Shown here in pieces: positions 61,213-64,000 of a DNA stretch of 64,000 nt; positions within the stretch are counted from its first letter, which is position 1; each line of letters starts with the position of its first letter. The notes under the pieces are model-generated. The model saw nothing but the letters and a program-made list of their open reading frames with translations. It did no database searches and had not been told where the DNA came from. The position numbers were made by a program, and so were the translations under genes. Origin of the DNA: Nitrospiraceae bacterium (GTDB lineage: Bacteria > Nitrospirota > Nitrospiria > Nitrospirales > Nitrospiraceae); assembly GCA_050246315.1 (NCBI GenBank), contig JBFWWG010000007.1:32001-96000 (forward strand), in the 5' to 3' direction.

Positions 61213-64000
61213 CTACCGTTGGCCTTCGTCACCAACACCGTCGCCTGACTTGTCGTCGTACTCGTCATAGCTCCTGTTTCGCATTTCCTTTCTGGACTCA
61301 GCGCGCCGCTGTTCCGATGCAATCCTGAGGTCGAGTTCTGCGATATGACTTTCGGCGAACGCCCTAACCGTGGACCTTTCATCTGTTAGCCATTCTGTCA
61401 ATGATTCCTTCCTGGCCTGCAATGCTTCTGAAAAGCCAAATTCTCCCCTTACAACTCCAGTGTTGTCGATACTGACCCGGACCTCGTTCAATTTGTGCTG
61501 GTCATCTGGAAACCGCGACACAATTTCCTTCAACACAACGTGGACAGAAGTCACACCGTCATAGTTCTGCAGTATCGCCAGCGCGAAATCTGCCTCCGTA
61601 TCACCGCCGGTTTTTACCAAGTCGGCAAGTGCGGTAGCGAACTCCGGAGTGCAGTTGGTGAACACATTGCTAAGCAGGCGCCCCCCCTCGAAACTGGAAA
61701 AGCCTTCGGTCTTGAGTGAACCACGATAGCCCTTTGCTGATTGCGAGCGACGGGTTCTTCGAGAGCTCCTTTTCAAGGCCATGGAACTGAAACGGCACCG
61801 CCTCGAAGCGATCTTCGTCCTCACCGTCAGCGGCCTCATGGGAAAGCCGAACTCCGAAATAGTCCCAGACTGCCTCTGGCTGGCGATCGGCAAGCCGGAC
61901 CAAGACACGCTCGGCTTTATAGTTTAGCCTGCGAAGATAGCCCAGATTTTTCAAGAGCTGCACCGTCACCTCCTGGGTAAGTTCCTCATAGAACTTCGTG
62001 GCCTTCTGCAGAAACCACCCTTGCGAGACCCAACTCGGGTCTTTTCGGTCATTTAGAAAGGCCAGGGCGTCACGCACGAACGTGTCTGGGTCTGCGATCT
62101 TCTCCGTTCCGTAATGCTCCAAAGCGAAGAGCAGGCATTCAATGACAGCTGTTTGGTCGCCTTTTTCAATCGCGCGTTTCAGTAGGCGAGTAGCGAAATC
62201 GGGCCTCTTCACATCGGAGTACCGCAGGTGCCGTGCTAGGCCAGTGAGGTTTTTGGCAGACTCAAGCTCACTCTCCAAGATCCGCTCATAAATATCAGCT
62301 CGGCTGCCCACAGCGAGTCCATTGAGGAAGCCAGCAAGAAAGATGCGTAGGTCATCCGAGGCCTTTGCTAAAAACCTGTCAGCTACTTCGGGCTTGCTCT
62401 CAGCCAGCTTGCTGATGAAATTGCCGAAAACCGGGAAGGTGGCAAGATCGCTCGACCTCGTTTGCGCGCAACGCTCTACCAGGTCGAACCAGTCGTTCTC
62501 ATTCTCCGGGTTGATCTCATCGATGTAGCGGTCAGCTTCACTATGCCGATATTGGTCGGCTCTTTCTAGTTCGAACTCCTCGTCGGTCCAGTGATCTGGA
62601 TAAGCAGATTCAAAGCCTACCAGGACTTTATATCGGACAAACCGATCATCGGTGTTGATTGTGTCTCGAAACCTAAAGATGGCAGCCACGAGTGCCATGG
62701 CTTCGGCCTGACAACCGAACCGATTGCCCGAGTCTTCTGTAAGACCCTTCACCCTGAAATAGTCGTAGAGGAAGCGGTGCTCTAAGTGCTGAAGCAGCTC
62801 GTAGCTCATCACGCCAGCGCGTTCCAACACGAAGTTAACAATGCGTGTGGCATCCTTGAGCGTGATGGACAAGAGCTCATTAGAATATTGCCCTCGATGG
62901 GGAGTCCTTGTTGCGGCGTCCAGCGATGAAAGAACTGCGCGCTTCTGTACATCGTCGGTCGATCTATCATAGGCTGCGAAAAGGACTTTGATTGCCTTGT
63001 CGCGCACTTCTCTGAGCTGATCGGATGCGGGCACGGCGCCTGTGCTAAAGACTACGGAGTCTGCCTTCCACTTTGTGCCGCTGATGTCTGATTGAATCGC
63101 TTCGGTCCAGACGGCAAGAGCGATGGGCCGGATCTTGTCCATCTCGACCTCGTTCATTTGAGCGAGGTGATCTACCAATGCCATCTGAAGCCTCGGCCCT
63201 ACCTGGTTGTACGCGTCGATGTTGTACTCGGACAGCTTCTTGACGGCGTTCACAATCTGCTGGCGAATGGCTTCGCTTGGCTCGTCCCGATAGATGTCGA
63301 TAAGCAGTTGCAGAGTTCCAACTATGTCGGCGTAGCGCAGATTCTCAACGATCTCCACGACAAGTCTCGTCACTGAATCGGCCTTGAAGCCCTCCATATT
63401 TCCGTAGGTCGTTTCCATCGGAACGGGCTCCGTGGCGCGCGCCGCTTTAACAGACCTCAGCAGAGGGCCTTTCAATGCCTCAAAGGCAGCCGGGAGGTCG
63501 TCGTAATTGGGAATGGCGTAATCTTTCAGTCCTGACAGAATCTCGTAACGCTCGTTGTTGTTCTGCGCATTGTCCAGCAGGTTGGCGATATCTTTGTCGA
63601 AGAGCTCCTTGCCTTGGAGGAGCCGTTCATATTCCTGCTGGGCTTTCTGAAACTCATATCCAGCCGGGATCAGATACTTGTCCATGATCCGAGCAAATCG
63701 GCTGGCGATACCTTTCATGGCTTTCTCGCCGTAGCCTTCGCCCAGCTTGTTCTTGTAGACGATGTCGTGTGAGGTCTCGGACCAAGCGTGCTCCAGAATG
63801 GTTTGGACCTGAATTTCGCACCGCAGGCCAGCGAATCTCGCATATTCTGGAAGGCGTAAGCGATCCTCGCGAAGCCGGACCGTGTAGTGAATTGCGCGAT
63901 ATTGCGCTCCTTGGTTCTCCGGGGTGGGGTGGTGGATCCTGGTCGAGTTCTCCTCGATCTCGAAATTTTCGTGAAATAGTGGTGAGGCCACGAAACGGTC
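61213..64000 (-). pseudogene. Large RelA/SpoT-domain protein, 5'-truncated by the window edge and frameshifted at a G7 tract (61681-61687)
   Basis: YRAIHY...CEIQVQTILEHAWSETSHDIVYK synthetase motifs; ORF 61670-63991 ends FQFRGG-APA* while ORF 61213-61908 continues GG-RLLSNVF. Confidence 0.8.

Noticed and set aside
61213..61908. Independent 231-aa gene
   Set aside because: Its first ~75 codons overlap the upstream ORF out of frame; it is better explained as the frameshifted C-terminus

Overview
GC-rich bacterial chromosome segment. Gene order and protein character suggest Nitrospira/Nitrospirota (inference). Most of the window is housekeeping: coaE(3' end)-trxB-thiI, polX, queG, mutS2, gap-pgk-tpiA-secG, ilvE, rplU-rpmA-obgE-proB-nadD-rsfS-lapAB-bioB, pyrD, comF, mraZ, rusA, a MacAB-type efflux operon, uppP, nadA-ileS-lspA, TPP riboswitch-thiC-thi4, ygfZ and phoD. 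Three parts stand out. (1) A polX-DGQHR-SRPBCC cluster (2.3-5.8 kb) in which PolX lacks the polymerase acidic motif but keeps the PHP site. (2) A 7.4-22 kb signalling island with three histidine kinases, two response regulators, a heme-c DUF3365 protein, a trypsin-FGE fusion and three secreted proteins. It also holds a regularly spaced triple palindromic repeat, an IS256 remnant and a decayed duplicate of a kinase 3' end that brackets a ~3.3 kb insert. (3) At the right edge, a lower-GC gene of >920 codons encoding a RelA/SpoT-domain protein, broken by one extra base in a G7 tract. This is the best candidate for an uncharacterised defence/toxin system. I found no rRNA, tRNA, cas genes or true CRISPR array. 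All family assignments come from recognising motifs by eye; no database searches were run.
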